A stretch of DNA of 64,000 bases from an uncultured Planctomycetota bacterium (GCA_963823665.1 CAWGMQ010000003.1:1312001-1376000), one strand, 5' to 3'. Counted from the first letter of the stretch, positions 42,942-53,844 are shown. Notes: generated by a model from the letters alone, not told the origin. Numbers and translations are program-made.

Positions 42942-43556
42942 ATGGTCGATGGTGACGCGATCATCGGTCGTTTGATCGACGAGGCGAGGCGCCAGTCGCC
43001 GGGCGTTCTGGACCGGTTGCTGGAGTCGTATCGCAACTACCTGAGGCTTCTTGCTCGCACGGGCATCGACGCATCGCTGCGGGGCAAGGCGGATCCATCC
43101 GACTTGGTCCAGGAAACGCTGCTGAAAGCCCACCAGCACTTCGGGCAGTTCCAGGGCCACACCGAGACGGAGCTGGTCGCATGGCTGCGCCGGATCCTGA
43201 CGCGAAACCTGGCCGACCTGGTCCGTCGTTTCAAAGCGGCCGGCACGCGCACAGTCGCCCGCGAGCAGTCGCTGGACGACGTGATCGGTGCGTCGTCGCG
43301 TGCCTTGCTCGAGCTGGTCGCTCCCAACGGGCATTCGCCCAGCCAGTCGGCTCAGCGGCGCGAGCTGAGCATCATCCTGGCGGATGCCCTGGCCGAGCTG
43401 GCCTCTGACCACCGGGAAGTGGTCGTGCTCCGGACCCTGGAGGGCCGGGATTGGGAGGAAGTCGCCCGCGCGATGGGCCGCAGCCCAGGCGCAGTCCGCC
43501 TGCTGTGGGCGCGGGCACTCAAGAAGTTGCGTCCCCTGATCGAGTCACGGCTATGA
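42942..43556 (+). CDS. ECF sigma factor (kinase-associated type)
   Basis: [43 protein letters not shown]; stop overlaps the kinase start (ATGA). Confidence 0.92.
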   Translation: MVDGDAIIGRLIDEARRQSPGVLDRLLESYRNYLRLLARTGIDASLRGKADPSDLVQETLLKAHQHFGQFQGHTETELVAWLRRILTRNLADLVRRFKAAGTRTVAREQSLDDVIGASSRALLELVAPNGHSPSQSAQRRELSIILADALAELASDHREVVVLRTLEGRDWEEVARAMGRSPGAVRLLWARALKKLRPLIESRL

Positions 43557-46500
43557 CCGCAAGCAGAGTCACCGAGAGCAAGCCCACGACCGCGAGCGAG
43601 GTCCGGCTGGTCGAGGTCCTGGACGCCTACATGGCCGCCGCCCAGGAGGGGCGTGCGCCGACGAGGGACGAGCTGCTGGCCGAGCATCCCGAGCTGGCCG
43701 AGGATTTGGAGGCGTGCCTGGCGAGCCTTGAGTTTATTGGGCGGGCGTCGCTGGCGGCGCCGCCGGTGGTTTTTGATTCCCCGTCGGCCGAAGCGGGTGA
43801 AGGCGAGCCGGGGATTGGAGACCTGGGCGACTTTCGGCTGGTCGCGGAGATCGGCCGGGGCGGTATGGGCGTGGTGTACGAGGCGGTGCAGCGCTCGCTG
43901 AACCGCCGGGTGGCGCTCAAGGTGCTTCCGTTCGCGGCGGCGATGGACCCGACGCAGCTTCGGCGGTTTCAGACCGAGGCTTTGGCCGCGGCGCAGCTTC
44001 ATCACACGCATATCGTGCCGGTCTATTCGGTGGGCTGCGAGCGAGGCGTGCATTATTACGCCATGCAGTTCATCGAGGGGCAGACGCTGGCGCAGGCGAT
44101 CGCCGAACGCAAGCTGGCACGCGATTCCGAAGCCTGAGCGCCGAACAGTCACGCGAACTGTCGACCGAGACCCAATCCGGACTCTCCGACTCGCGCACCG
44201 CTCGCCCAGCCCGTCCTCGCGCAGCCGAGAGTACTTTCGAAAAGCCGCCGAGCTGGGCATCCAGGCGGCCGAGGCGCTCGACCACGCGCACAAGGTCGGC
44301 ATCGTGCATCGCGACATCAAGCCGGCCAATCTGCTTGCTGGACGTCCAGGGCAACCTCTGGGTCACGGATTTCGGATTGGCCCGACTCCGGGATGACACC
44401 GGCCTGACGATCACGGGCGACTTGCTGGGAACGCTCCGCTACATGAGCCCTGAGCAGGCGCTGGCGAAGCGGATGGTGATTGACCATCGCACCGACATTT
44501 ACTCACTGGGTGCGACGCTCTACGAGCTGGTGACGCTCCATCCGGCGATCGATGGGCAAGACCGGCAGGAGATCCTCCGCAAGATCGCGCAGGATGAGCC
44601 GACGCCCCCACGACGGTTGAACCCGTCGATCCCGCGCGAGCTGGAGACGATCCTGCTCAAGGCGATGAACAAGGAGCCGGAATCGCGGTACGCGACGGCT
44701 CAGGAGCTGGCCGACGATCTGGAGCGGTTCCTCGACGGCAAGCCGATCAAGGCGCGGCGGCCGACGTTCCTGGAGCGCGCGACGAAGTGGACACGCCGCC
44801 ACCGGACTCTGGTCGGCTCCGCCGCGGTTGTACTGATCATTGCGGTGATTGGCCTGTCGATCGCCGCGGCGCTCATCTGGCGTGAACGGGACAGGACCCA
44901 GAGGGCGTACCGGGCAGAAGCCGAGCAGCGCACGCTGCTCGCGACAAACCTGGACCTGGCGCTCAAAGTACTGGATGAGATTTATCTTGACGTGGCCGAG
45001 AAGCGCTTGCCGCGCAAGTCGCAATTCGAGTCAGAGGACCGCGAGCTCTTGCGGAAGGCGCTGGCGTTCTACGAGCTCTTCGCGACCCAGAACGATACGA
45101 GCCGGCATGCTCGATTCGAGGCCGGCAGCGCGTACGATCGGGCCGGGAACATCCGGTATATCTTGGGTGAGCATGTTCGCGCCCAGGAGGATTACGATCG
45201 GGCCATCTCCGTGCTGGAACAATTAACCGCCGAAGCGCCCGCGGAGCCTCGGAACCGAAAGCGCCTGGCCGAGGTTTACGCCAGTGTGTGCAGAGTTCTG
45301 AGAAAAAAGGGGAACCCGCGCGAGGCGGAGCGAGTCGGTCGCCAGGCCCTTGCCATCCGCCAGAAGCTGGTCGACGACTTCCCCCAAGATAGGGCCTACA
45401 GGTTCGATTTGGCCAAGAGCTACCACGGGCTGCTCTTGTCGCTGGCACATGGCGGCTCGCTTCCAGAAGCCGTCGAATCCGGGCAACATTCCATCGAGAT
45501 ACTGGAAGGACTGGTGAGGGAGTTCCCCCAAGAATCTAAATACGCGAGAGAGCTCTCCAACGCCTACAACACGCTGGGCGTTCAGGTTTGGTCCTTCGGG
45601 CGGACTAAGGAGGCAGCGGCCGACTACCGCAAGGCCGTGGAGATTCTGGTGAAGCTGGTTGGGGACAATCCCACTGGCGCCGATGACCGGGTAAGTCTAG
45701 GTTATCTCTGCCAGAACCTGAGCGTCGTGCTCGGCCCCGACGAGATGGCGGCCAGAGAGCGCTACACCCGCCAAGCCGTCCGCCTCTGGGAGCAATTGGC
45801 GAGCGACTTTCCCAATGTCCGCGAGAATCAGAACTGTCTGTCCTCCAACTATGACATTCTTGCCGACCTACTGAGCGACCAAGGCCTCCGGGAGCAAGCC
45901 GACCAGGCTCGCCGCCGGGCCCTCGAAATCCGCGAACGCATGGTGCAACGCGACCCTGACGTGCCGGTCTATCGGTCCGCGCTCGGTGCCACGCTTAACA
46001 ATCTGGCTTTGGACCTAACGGCGAGGGGCGAGGTAGCTGAAGCCCGGCGCCTTCTCGATCGAGCGATCCAGCAGCAGCGCATCGCGCTCGGGACGAATCC
46101 GGCCAACCCCGTCTGCCGCCAGTTTCTGCGGAATCATCACGCCGCACGCACACACGTCCTGATCGGCCTCGGAGCGCACAAGGAGGCGGCTCTGGCCGCC
46201 GCGGAACTGCCGCGCTTCTCGCCCCTACAATGGCAGGACCACATCCTGGCCGCGCAGATCCTCGCAACCTGCTTCTCAGCGACCGATGCCGACGCCAGGA
46301 TTCCGCTGCCGGAGCGCGAGGCCGAGGCACGGTCCTACGCGAACCAGGCTGAGATTCTCCTTCGCGACCTTCCCGGGCTGATTGGCGACGAACCAGAGGG
46401 CCTCAAAAGATTGGCGACCATGCTGGCAAACTGCGAAGTTGTCCGCTTCCGCGACCCGGCGCGGGCGGTGGGCCTGGCGACGAAGGCCACTGAGCTGCTT

Positions 46501-46839
46501 CCGAACGATCCGGCGAGTTGGAGCACGCTGGGCCTGGCGCATCACCGTGCTGGTAACTTGAAAGACGCGATCGATGCTCTGAAGAAGTCGATGCAGCTTG
46601 GCTCTAGTGGCAATGTTTCCGATTCGTTCCTACTGGCGATGGCCTACTGGCGGAATAACGAGAAGGATCAAGCCCGCCAATGGTATGGCAGGGCCATCGA
46701 AACAATGGAGAAGGACCATTCAGAGGACGATGAACTCCGCCGCTTTCATGCCGAGGCCTCAGCCCTGCTGGGCCTGACCGACCATCCGACCCGTTCCGGG
46801 AAGAAGGAGGAAAACACGCCGCCGCAATCGAAGCCGTGA
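43553..46839 (+). CDS. Ser/Thr protein kinase with TM and C-terminal TPR repeats (frameshifts at about 44130-44220 and 44335)
   Basis: [21 protein letters not shown] in the middle frame; [18 protein letters not shown]-like helical repeats. Confidence 0.92.
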
Positions 46840-47075
46840 ACGCGGGGCTCGCCGTCGAGCCCGACCCATGAACGATCGAGCCGGCACTGCGTTTTGAGGA
46901 AGCGAGGCCGCCGGCGGTCTGTCCCATGCATCGCCTTCTTAAGCAAAGGACTCCGATGAGTCCTGCCGCTCAGGCTGCGCGCCGAGAGCGGTGATCGTGT
47001 TGCCGCCATCGCGATATTCGTCGTGCAGATCTTCTCCCAGAAGTCACGAGTTTCGATCCACAAGGAGCCGCACCC

Positions 47076-50000
47076 ATGCCGCGTCACCTCTCCTCCGTGC
47101 AACGTCTGACCAGTCGAGCTCGCCAACACGCCCGCGTCCGGCGCAGCCGCCGGCTCTGGGTGCCGGAGGGGCTGGAGGGCCGGGTTCTCTTGTCGGGCAA
47201 CCCGACGTATTACACGGTCAACCTGACGAGCGACACCGGGGCGAACTCGGGCACCGACGCCTACCCCACGGCGGGCACTCCGTCGGGCGACCTGCTCTGG
47301 GCCGTCACCCAGGCCAACGCCAATACCAACCCGGCGGGCAGCGTCATCGAGTTTGATCCGACGGTCTTCGCCACAATGCAGACGATCACGCTCTCCAGCA
47401 CACTCGAGCTGAGCGAATCGGCCGGGCCGGAGGTGATCGATGGGCCGAGCGCGGGAGTTTTGATCAGCGGCAACAATGCCGTCGAAGTGTTCCGGGTCGA
47501 TAGCGGTGTGACGGCCATGCTCGCGGGCTTGACGATCTCGGGGGGCTCGGCCCCTGACGGCGGCGGCATCTACAGCTACAGCGATGGCACGCTGACGCTC
47601 AGTGAATGCACCGTCTCCGGCAACACGGCCGGCCTGGGCGCTGGCATTGTCAGCTTTGGTACGCTCACGCTGACCGGCAGCACGGTGGAGGGCAACACGG
47701 GCAGCTATGCCGGCGGCATCTATTCCCAGTCCCCAACTGCGACGATCTCCAGCAGCACGATCGCGAACAATTCGAGCTTCGGCATTACGATCAAGGACGG
47801 TGGGACGCTTACGGTCGACGACGGCAGCACGGTCGAGGGCAACACGGCCGCCGGGATCCTCGTCCAAAACGCCACGGCGACGATCACCGACACGGCCATC
47901 ACGAACAACACGGCTGGCGGCGTCAACATCGGGACAGACAACCCGCAGCAACCCGCGTCGGCGACGATCACCGCCTGCACCATCTCCGGCAACTCGACCA
48001 TCCGCAACGGCGGTGGCATCTACAACCGCGGGACGCTTGCGGTCAGCGACTCGACCATTGCGGCCAACTCAGCCACCGGCGTCGGAAGCGGCGGCGGCGG
48101 CATCTACAACGGCGGCACGCTGATGCTCGCCGACAGCGCGATCGAGGGCAATTCAACCAGCGGGGAGGGTTCCGGCGGCGGGATCTCAATCTCCAACGGT
48201 GGCGCGGCGACAGTGACCGCCTGCACCATCGCCGAGAACTCGGCCGGCTACGGCGGCGGCGGCGCCGGCGTCGGCAACGGCGGCACGCTTTCGATCGTCG
48301 ATTCTAACATCGCGGGAAACGCGGTCGCACCCGGCAGCCCAAGCGGCGGCGGCGGCATCCTCAATTATGGGACGACGACGGTCAGCGACACCACGATCAC
48401 AGACAACTCCGCCGGCGGCGGCGGCGACACCTACCCCTCAGGCGGCGGCGGCATCCTCAACCGTGGCACGTTTACGGTCAGCGACAGCACGATCGCAGGC
48501 AACTTGGCCGGCGCCTACAGCGGCGGCGGCGGCGGCATCGTTAACTTCGCCACACTGACGGCCGTCAACACCACCATCGCCTACAATGACACCGGCGCGC
48601 CATCCGCGATCGGGGGCGGCTTGTACGCTTACAGTGGCACCACGATCTTGTATAACACGATTGTGGCCGCCAATACGGCTGACGATGGGGCCGACGACAT
48701 CGTCGGCGCTATTGCTTCGAGCAGCTCGAACAATCTGGTCGGCGTCGACGAGACCGGCAGCGTGGCCAGCTCAATCAACCCCATCGTGATCGGGACCGCC
48801 AACCCGGGGCTGGGCCTTCTGGCGTACAACGGAGGGCCGACGCAAACCATCGCGCTATTGGCGGGTAGTCCGGCCATTGACGCAGGAAGTAATGCCCTGG
48901 CCAACGACTACTCCCTGACCACCGACCAGCGCGGGCCCGGCTTTCCGCGAATCGTCAATGGTACGGTGGACATCGGGGCTTTCGAGCGGCCCACCGCCGC
49001 GTCCATCCGCGCCGCGACGATCTACACCGTCGACCTCACGAGCAACAATGGCTCCAGTACCAGCGCCCTTGCCGGCGACCTGCCCTATGTTATCGGCCAG
49101 GTTAACTTGAACCCGAACTTGGCCGGCAGCGTGATCGAGTTTGCCGCGACGGTGTTCAGCGCGTCCAACCCGCAGACGATCACTCTCTCGAGCACACTGG
49201 AGCTGGGCGACCCGTCCGGGCCGCTGGTGATCGACGGCCCCGGCGCGGGCGCGGTCACGATCAGCGGGGCTAACACCGTTGGCGTTTTCCAGTCCCGACC
49301 GGGCGCGGTGACCACCCTTTCGAGCCTGACCATCTCGGGGGGCTCGGTTGCCCGCGAGGGGGGCGGCATCTTCGTTTCTGGTGCCAGCACGTTGACGGTT
49401 AGCGGCTGCACGATTACAAATAACGCGGCCGGATCCCAGGGCGGCGGCATCGACGTCGCGAACGGCGGCACGCTGACGCTCAGCGAATGCACCGTCTCCG
49501 GCAACACGGTCGGCGGCGATGGCGGCGGCATCTTCAGCGATGGTACGCTCACGTTGACCGACAGCACGGTCGAGGGCAACACCGCGGGCGGCTATGCCGA
49601 CGGAATCTTTTCCGACGGTTCTGCGACGATTTCCGGCAGCACGATCGCGGACAATTCGGGCACCGGCGTCTGGATCGGTGACGGTGGAACGCTGACCCTC
49701 GACGACGGCAGCACGGTCGATGGCAACGCGGGCGGCGGGATCTTCCTGCTAAGCGCGACCGCGACGGTCACCAGCACCGCGATCACGAACAGCTCGGGGA
49801 GCGGCGTTTCCATCGCGGTCCACAACCCGCAGCAACCCGCGTCGGCGACGATCACCGGCTGTACCATCTCTGGCAACTCGTCCATCCGCAACGGCGGCGG
49901 CATCGATAACGGTGGCGCGCTAACGCTCACCGACTGTACGATCTCGGGCGATTCGGCTGGCGGCATCGATGGCTACTACGGCGGCGGAATCTTCAACACC

Positions 50001-53000
50001 GGCACGGTGACCGTGACTGGCACCACGATCTCGAGCAACCTGGCTGCCGCCGGGGGCGGCATCTGGAACCAGGGTGCGCTGACCCTGTTCAACTCCACCA
50101 TCTCGGGCAACTCGACCGAGGCCAACGGCGGCGGCATCTTCAGTGAAGGTCCGTTCACGGCCGTCAACACCACCATCGCGTATAACGATGGCGGCTTTAA
50201 CTATTTCGGCGGCGCCGGTGATGGCGCCGGCGTGTATGTTTACGTTGATGGTGCCACGACGATCCTCTACAACACGATCATCGCCGCCAACACGGCCGAC
50301 GATGGGCCCGACGACATCGGCGGTGCCGGAGTATCCTCGGCCAGTGCGTACAACCTGGTTGGCGTCGACGAGACCGGCAGCTTCACGAGCGGCAGCAACG
50401 GCAACATCCTGGTCGGGCTCACCAACTCCGGGCTCGGGACGCTGGCGAGCAACGGCGGGCCCACCCAGACCATCGCACTATTGCCCGGCAGCCCGGCCAT
50501 CGGCGCCGGTAAGAACGGGATCAACGGCTTCACCCTCTTCACGGACCAGCGCGGCGATGTCGCGCCCGCCTGGGTCTGGGACATCGGCGCGTATCAGCTC
50601 AATGGCATCGCGCCCGCGGCACCAGCCGCCGCACTGGCCGCGGCCAACGTGACTCCGGGGGACTACGGCCAGACCAGCTATACCTTCAGCATCACCTTCG
50701 CCAGTAACGCCGCCATCGAGGCGTCGACCCTGGCCGGCGCGGTCGTGCAAGTGGTGCCGCCTGCCGGCGCCGGCGGCGCGATCACCACAACCGCCGTAAG
50801 CACAGCGGCCAATGGCCCAACCGATCCCTTGGGCAACGCCCAGTCGTTCACCGTCACCTACCAGATCACGCCGCCGGGCGGCTCATGGTCGGCGGCCGAC
50901 AACGGCACGTACTCGATCACACTCGGCGGTGCACAGGTCACCGACGTCGACGGGACCGCGATTTCTAGCGGAGCCCTCGGATCCTTCGTCGTTCAAGGCG
51001 TCTCCACCGCGACGACCTTGAGCGCTTCGGCCAATCCATCAGTTTATGGCCAGCCGGTGACCTTCATCGCCACGGTGGCCGCCAACAGCTCGGGATCGGG
51101 CACACCGGCCGGCACGATTCAGTTTGAGATCGACGGCAGCGATTTCGGCGGTCCTGTCACTCTGGTCAACGGCGCAGCCACCGGCGCCGCCGTCAGTTCG
51201 CTCGCGGTTGCCGACCACACGATCCAGGCCGTCTACAGCGGAAACTCCATTTTCCTCGCGAGCACCGGCACGCTGACTCAATTGGTCAACAAGGACAGCA
51301 CGACAACCGGAGTCGTCCCATCGGCAAGCACACCGAGCTTCGGCCAGTCCGTGACCCTCGCCGCAACCATCACCGCCAATGCGCCGGGCGCCGGCACACC
51401 CACCGGCAGCGTCGATTTCTTCGACACGACGACTGGGGATGATCTCGGCAGCGTCGCGCTCTCCAGCGGCAAAGCTTCCATGAGTACAGCCAGCCTACCG
51501 GTGGGCGGCAACACGATCAAGGTCACCTATTCCGGGGACGGCAACTTCCTCACGAGCAGTGCCAGCACGGGCACGATCACGATCGGCCAGTCGATCATTG
51601 TTCTCGACCCGACGGCCGGCGGGGCGCTCTCCCTGTCAGGGAATGCGAGCATCAAGCTCACCGCCGGCGTCTTTGTCGATTCCAGCTCGTCGAGTGCCAT
51701 TTCCGCCAGCGGCAACGCCACGGTCAAAGCGTCCGTCATCGACGTGCACGGTGGCGTTTCCAAGAGCGGCAACGCGAGCTTCAGTCCGGCGCCCGTCACC
51801 GGGGCCGCGGTGCTGGCCGATCCGCTGGCCTCGCTGGCGGAGCCGACCACTACCGGACTCACCAACTATGGCTCCGAGAGCCTGAGCGGAAACTCGTCCG
51901 CGACGATCAAGCCCGGCATCTACAGCCAGATCAGCGATTCGGGAAACGGCACGCTCACGATGAACAGCGGTCTCTACATCATCGAAGGAGGGGGCTTCGC
52001 CATCTCCGGCAACGCGAGCGTCGTCGGCTCCGGCGTGACGATCTTCAGCGCCGGAAGCAAGTATCCCGCTACGGGCGGCACCTATGGCAGCATCACGCTC
52101 AGCGGCAACGGCTCGTACAGTTTGAACCCACCGACCACCGGCACCTACGCCGGGATCGTCGGCTTCCAGTCGCGCGACAACGCCAAGGCCATGACCATAA
52201 GCGGCAACGCCTCGGGGATGACGGGCACGATCTACGCTCCGGCAGCGCAACTTGCCGAGAGCGGCAACGCGCAGCTCAATGCGGCGGCGATCGTCGATAC
52301 CATGACGATCAGCGGCAACGGGGTTTCCAATTCCGTCGCGCTGAGCTCACCGGCCGGAACAGTTGCGTACGCGCCCGCCCAGATCCGTAGCGCCTACGGA
52401 ATCAGCTCGCTTGGGCTGGATGGCACCGGCCAAACCATCGCGATCGTCGACGCCTACGATGATCCAGACATCGACCAGGCGCTTGACACATTTGACTCTC
52501 AGTTCGGTCTGACCGCCTCAGGGCCGAGCCTCTACGATCAATATGGGCCGGCATCGTCATTCTTGACGGTGCTCAACCAGTACGGCCAGGCCACGTCCCT
52601 TCCGAGCACGGACCCGAGTGGGCCCGGCACCGACAACTGGGAAGTCGAGGAAGCGCTCGACGTGGAGTGGGCTCACGCGATCGCCCCCGGCGCCCAGATC
52701 ATTCTGGTCGAGGCCAACAGCCAGTCACTATCGGACTTGATAGCGGGCGTGGCCACGGCCGCCGCGCAGCCCGGCGTGTCGGTGGTGTCGATGAGTTGGG
52801 GATTCGCCGAGGGGCAAGCCGTCTTTGCGGCTGATGAGGCCGCGTATGACGACGTTTTCAACGTTCCCGGAGTTACCTTCGTCGCCAGCACGGGCGATTA
52901 CGGGGCGGCCGATCCTGAGTATCCGGCCTATTCGCCGAAAGTCGTCGCGGTCGGCGGGACGAGCCTCACGCTGAATGGGGACGGTTCCTACAACAGCGAG

Positions 53001-53801
53001 ACCGGATGGGGCTATGAATCCGCGTCGCTTGGCACGTTCATCGGATCCGGTGGCGGCATCAGCCTGTACGAGCCCGAGCCGGCATATCAAAGGGGAGTTC
53101 AATCAACGGGCATGCGAACCACGCCCGACGTCTCCCTGGTCGCTGACCCCGCCACCGGCGCGTGGATCGCTGATCCGTACAACCTGGATTCGGGCAATCC
53201 GTTCGAGGTCGTGGGCGGCACGAGCCTGTCGGCGCCGGCCTGGGCGGGCCTGTTGGCGCTGGTCAATCAAGGCCGGGCGGCTGCGGGTCAATCGAGCCTG
53301 AACAGCACGGGCCCGACTGATGCGCAGCAAGCGCTCTACATGCTGCCGCAAAGCAATTACAACGTGCTCGCGGGCGGCAATAATGGCTACGCCGCGGGGG
53401 CAGGGTACAACCTGGTGACCGGGCTCGGGACGCCGGTGGCCAATCTGCTGGTGCCTGATCTCGTGGCGTACAACGGACCCGGCACGAGCTATTCGGGGTC
53501 GACCGTTGCGCCGCTTCTTGATGCAAGCCTGGTCGACACCGGCAGTGGGCCGATCGACGTGTTTAGTGTGTTTAATTCCATCATGGTGACGCATGCCGGA
53601 CAGAGCCAGAAGCGCCCTGCGGCGGGGATTGATTCATCAACTAGACGTGCATCGGCTCCTGCGGTGCAGTCTACGGCGAGGACTGCGATCTCGATGTTCG
53701 ACGGGGTGCTTGAGGTTGCGGCGGACGAGAGCCTGCACGAGATGCTCATTGGCGATCTCGCGTTCGAACAGGTCTCGAATGGGACCCGCAGGAGACCGTG
53801 A
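47076..53801 (+). CDS. Giant secreted protein: two beta-helix/choice-of-anchor-Q modules, Big_3 domains and a C-terminal S53 (sedolisin) peptidase
   Basis: EGLEGRVLLS leader; GGGI repeats; NGGPTQTIALL..SPAI..DQRG..DIGA twice; EEALDVEW, ASTGD, GGTSLSAP, GYNLVTGLGTP. Confidence 0.9.
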   Translation: MPRHLSSVQRLTSRARQHARVRRSRRLWVPEGLEGRVLLSGNPTYYTVNLTSDTGANSGTDAYPTAGTPSGDLLWAVTQANANTNPAGSVIEFDPTVFATMQTITLSSTLELSESAGPEVIDGPSAGVLISGNNAVEVFRVDSGVTAMLAGLTISGGSAPDGGGIYSYSDGTLTLSECTVSGNTAGLGAGIVSFGTLTLTGSTVEGNTGSYAGGIYSQSPTATISSSTIANNSSFGITIKDGGTLTVDDGSTVEGNTAAGILVQNATATITDTAITNNTAGGVNIGTDNPQQPASATITACTISGNSTIRNGGGIYNRGTLAVSDSTIAANSATGVGSGGGGIYNGGTLMLADSAIEGNSTSGEGSGGGISISNGGAATVTACTIAENSAGYGGGGAGVGNGGTLSIVDSNIAGNAVAPGSPSGGGGILNYGTTTVSDTTITDNSAGGGGDTYPSGGGGILNRGTFTVSDSTIAGNLAGAYSGGGGGIVNFATLTAVNTTIAYNDTGAPSAIGGGLYAYSGTTILYNTIVAANTADDGADDIVGAIASSSSNNLVGVDETGSVASSINPIVIGTANPGLGLLAYNGGPTQTIALLAGSPAIDAGSNALANDYSLTTDQRGPGFPRIVNGTVDIGAFERPTAASIRAATIYTVDLTSNNGSSTSALAGDLPYVIGQVNLNPNLAGSVIEFAATVFSASNPQTITLSSTLELGDPSGPLVIDGPGAGAVTISGANTVGVFQSRPGAVTTLSSLTISGGSVAREGGGIFVSGASTLTVSGCTITNNAAGSQGGGIDVANGGTLTLSECTVSGNTVGGDGGGIFSDGTLTLTDSTVEGNTAGGYADGIFSDGSATISGSTIADNSGTGVWIGDGGTLTLDDGSTVDGNAGGGIFLLSATATVTSTAITNSSGSGVSIAVHNPQQPASATITGCTISGNSSIRNGGGIDNGGALTLTDCTISGDSAGGIDGYYGGGIFNTGTVTVTGTTISSNLAAAGGGIWNQGALTLFNSTISGNSTEANGGGIFSEGPFTAVNTTIAYNDGGFNYFGGAGDGAGVYVYVDGATTILYNTIIAANTADDGPDDIGGAGVSSASAYNLVGVDETGSFTSGSNGNILVGLTNSGLGTLASNGGPTQTIALLPGSPAIGAGKNGINGFTLFTDQRGDVAPAWVWDIGAYQLNGIAPAAPAAALAAANVTPGDYGQTSYTFSITFASNAAIEASTLAGAVVQVVPPAGAGGAITTTAVSTAANGPTDPLGNAQSFTVTYQITPPGGSWSAADNGTYSITLGGAQVTDVDGTAISSGALGSFVVQGVSTATTLSASANPSVYGQPVTFIATVAANSSGSGTPAGTIQFEIDGSDFGGPVTLVNGAATGAAVSSLAVADHTIQAVYSGNSIFLASTGTLTQLVNKDSTTTGVVPSASTPSFGQSVTLAATITANAPGAGTPTGSVDFFDTTTGDDLGSVALSSGKASMSTASLPVGGNTIKVTYSGDGNFLTSSASTGTITIGQSIIVLDPTAGGALSLSGNASIKLTAGVFVDSSSSSAISASGNATVKASVIDVHGGVSKSGNASFSPAPVTGAAVLADPLASLAEPTTTGLTNYGSESLSGNSSATIKPGIYSQISDSGNGTLTMNSGLYIIEGGGFAISGNASVVGSGVTIFSAGSKYPATGGTYGSITLSGNGSYSLNPPTTGTYAGIVGFQSRDNAKAMTISGNASGMTGTIYAPAAQLAESGNAQLNAAAIVDTMTISGNGVSNSVALSSPAGTVAYAPAQIRSAYGISSLGLDGTGQTIAIVDAYDDPDIDQALDTFDSQFGLTASGPSLYDQYGPASSFLTVLNQYGQATSLPSTDPSGPGTDNWEVEEALDVEWAHAIAPGAQIILVEANSQSLSDLIAGVATAAAQPGVSVVSMSWGFAEGQAVFAADEAAYDDVFNVPGVTFVASTGDYGAADPEYPAYSPKVVAVGGTSLTLNGDGSYNSETGWGYESASLGTFIGSGGGISLYEPEPAYQRGVQSTGMRTTPDVSLVADPATGAWIADPYNLDSGNPFEVVGGTSLSAPAWAGLLALVNQGRAAAGQSSLNSTGPTDAQQALYMLPQSNYNVLAGGNNGYAAGAGYNLVTGLGTPVANLLVPDLVAYNGPGTSYSGSTVAPLLDASLVDTGSGPIDVFSVFNSIMVTHAGQSQKRPAAGIDSSTRRASAPAVQSTARTAISMFDGVLEVAADESLHEMLIGDLAFEQVSNGTRRRP

Positions 53802-53844
53802 CGAGGAGGTGCGGCGAGCGGAGGAGACCTTCGGTCCAGGGGAC

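Noticed and set aside
35260..46935. TGCATC upstream of both giant genes (about 35268 and 46927) as a shared ECF -10 element
   Set aside because: A 6-mer with no matching -35 element; it cannot be distinguished from chance without TSS data.
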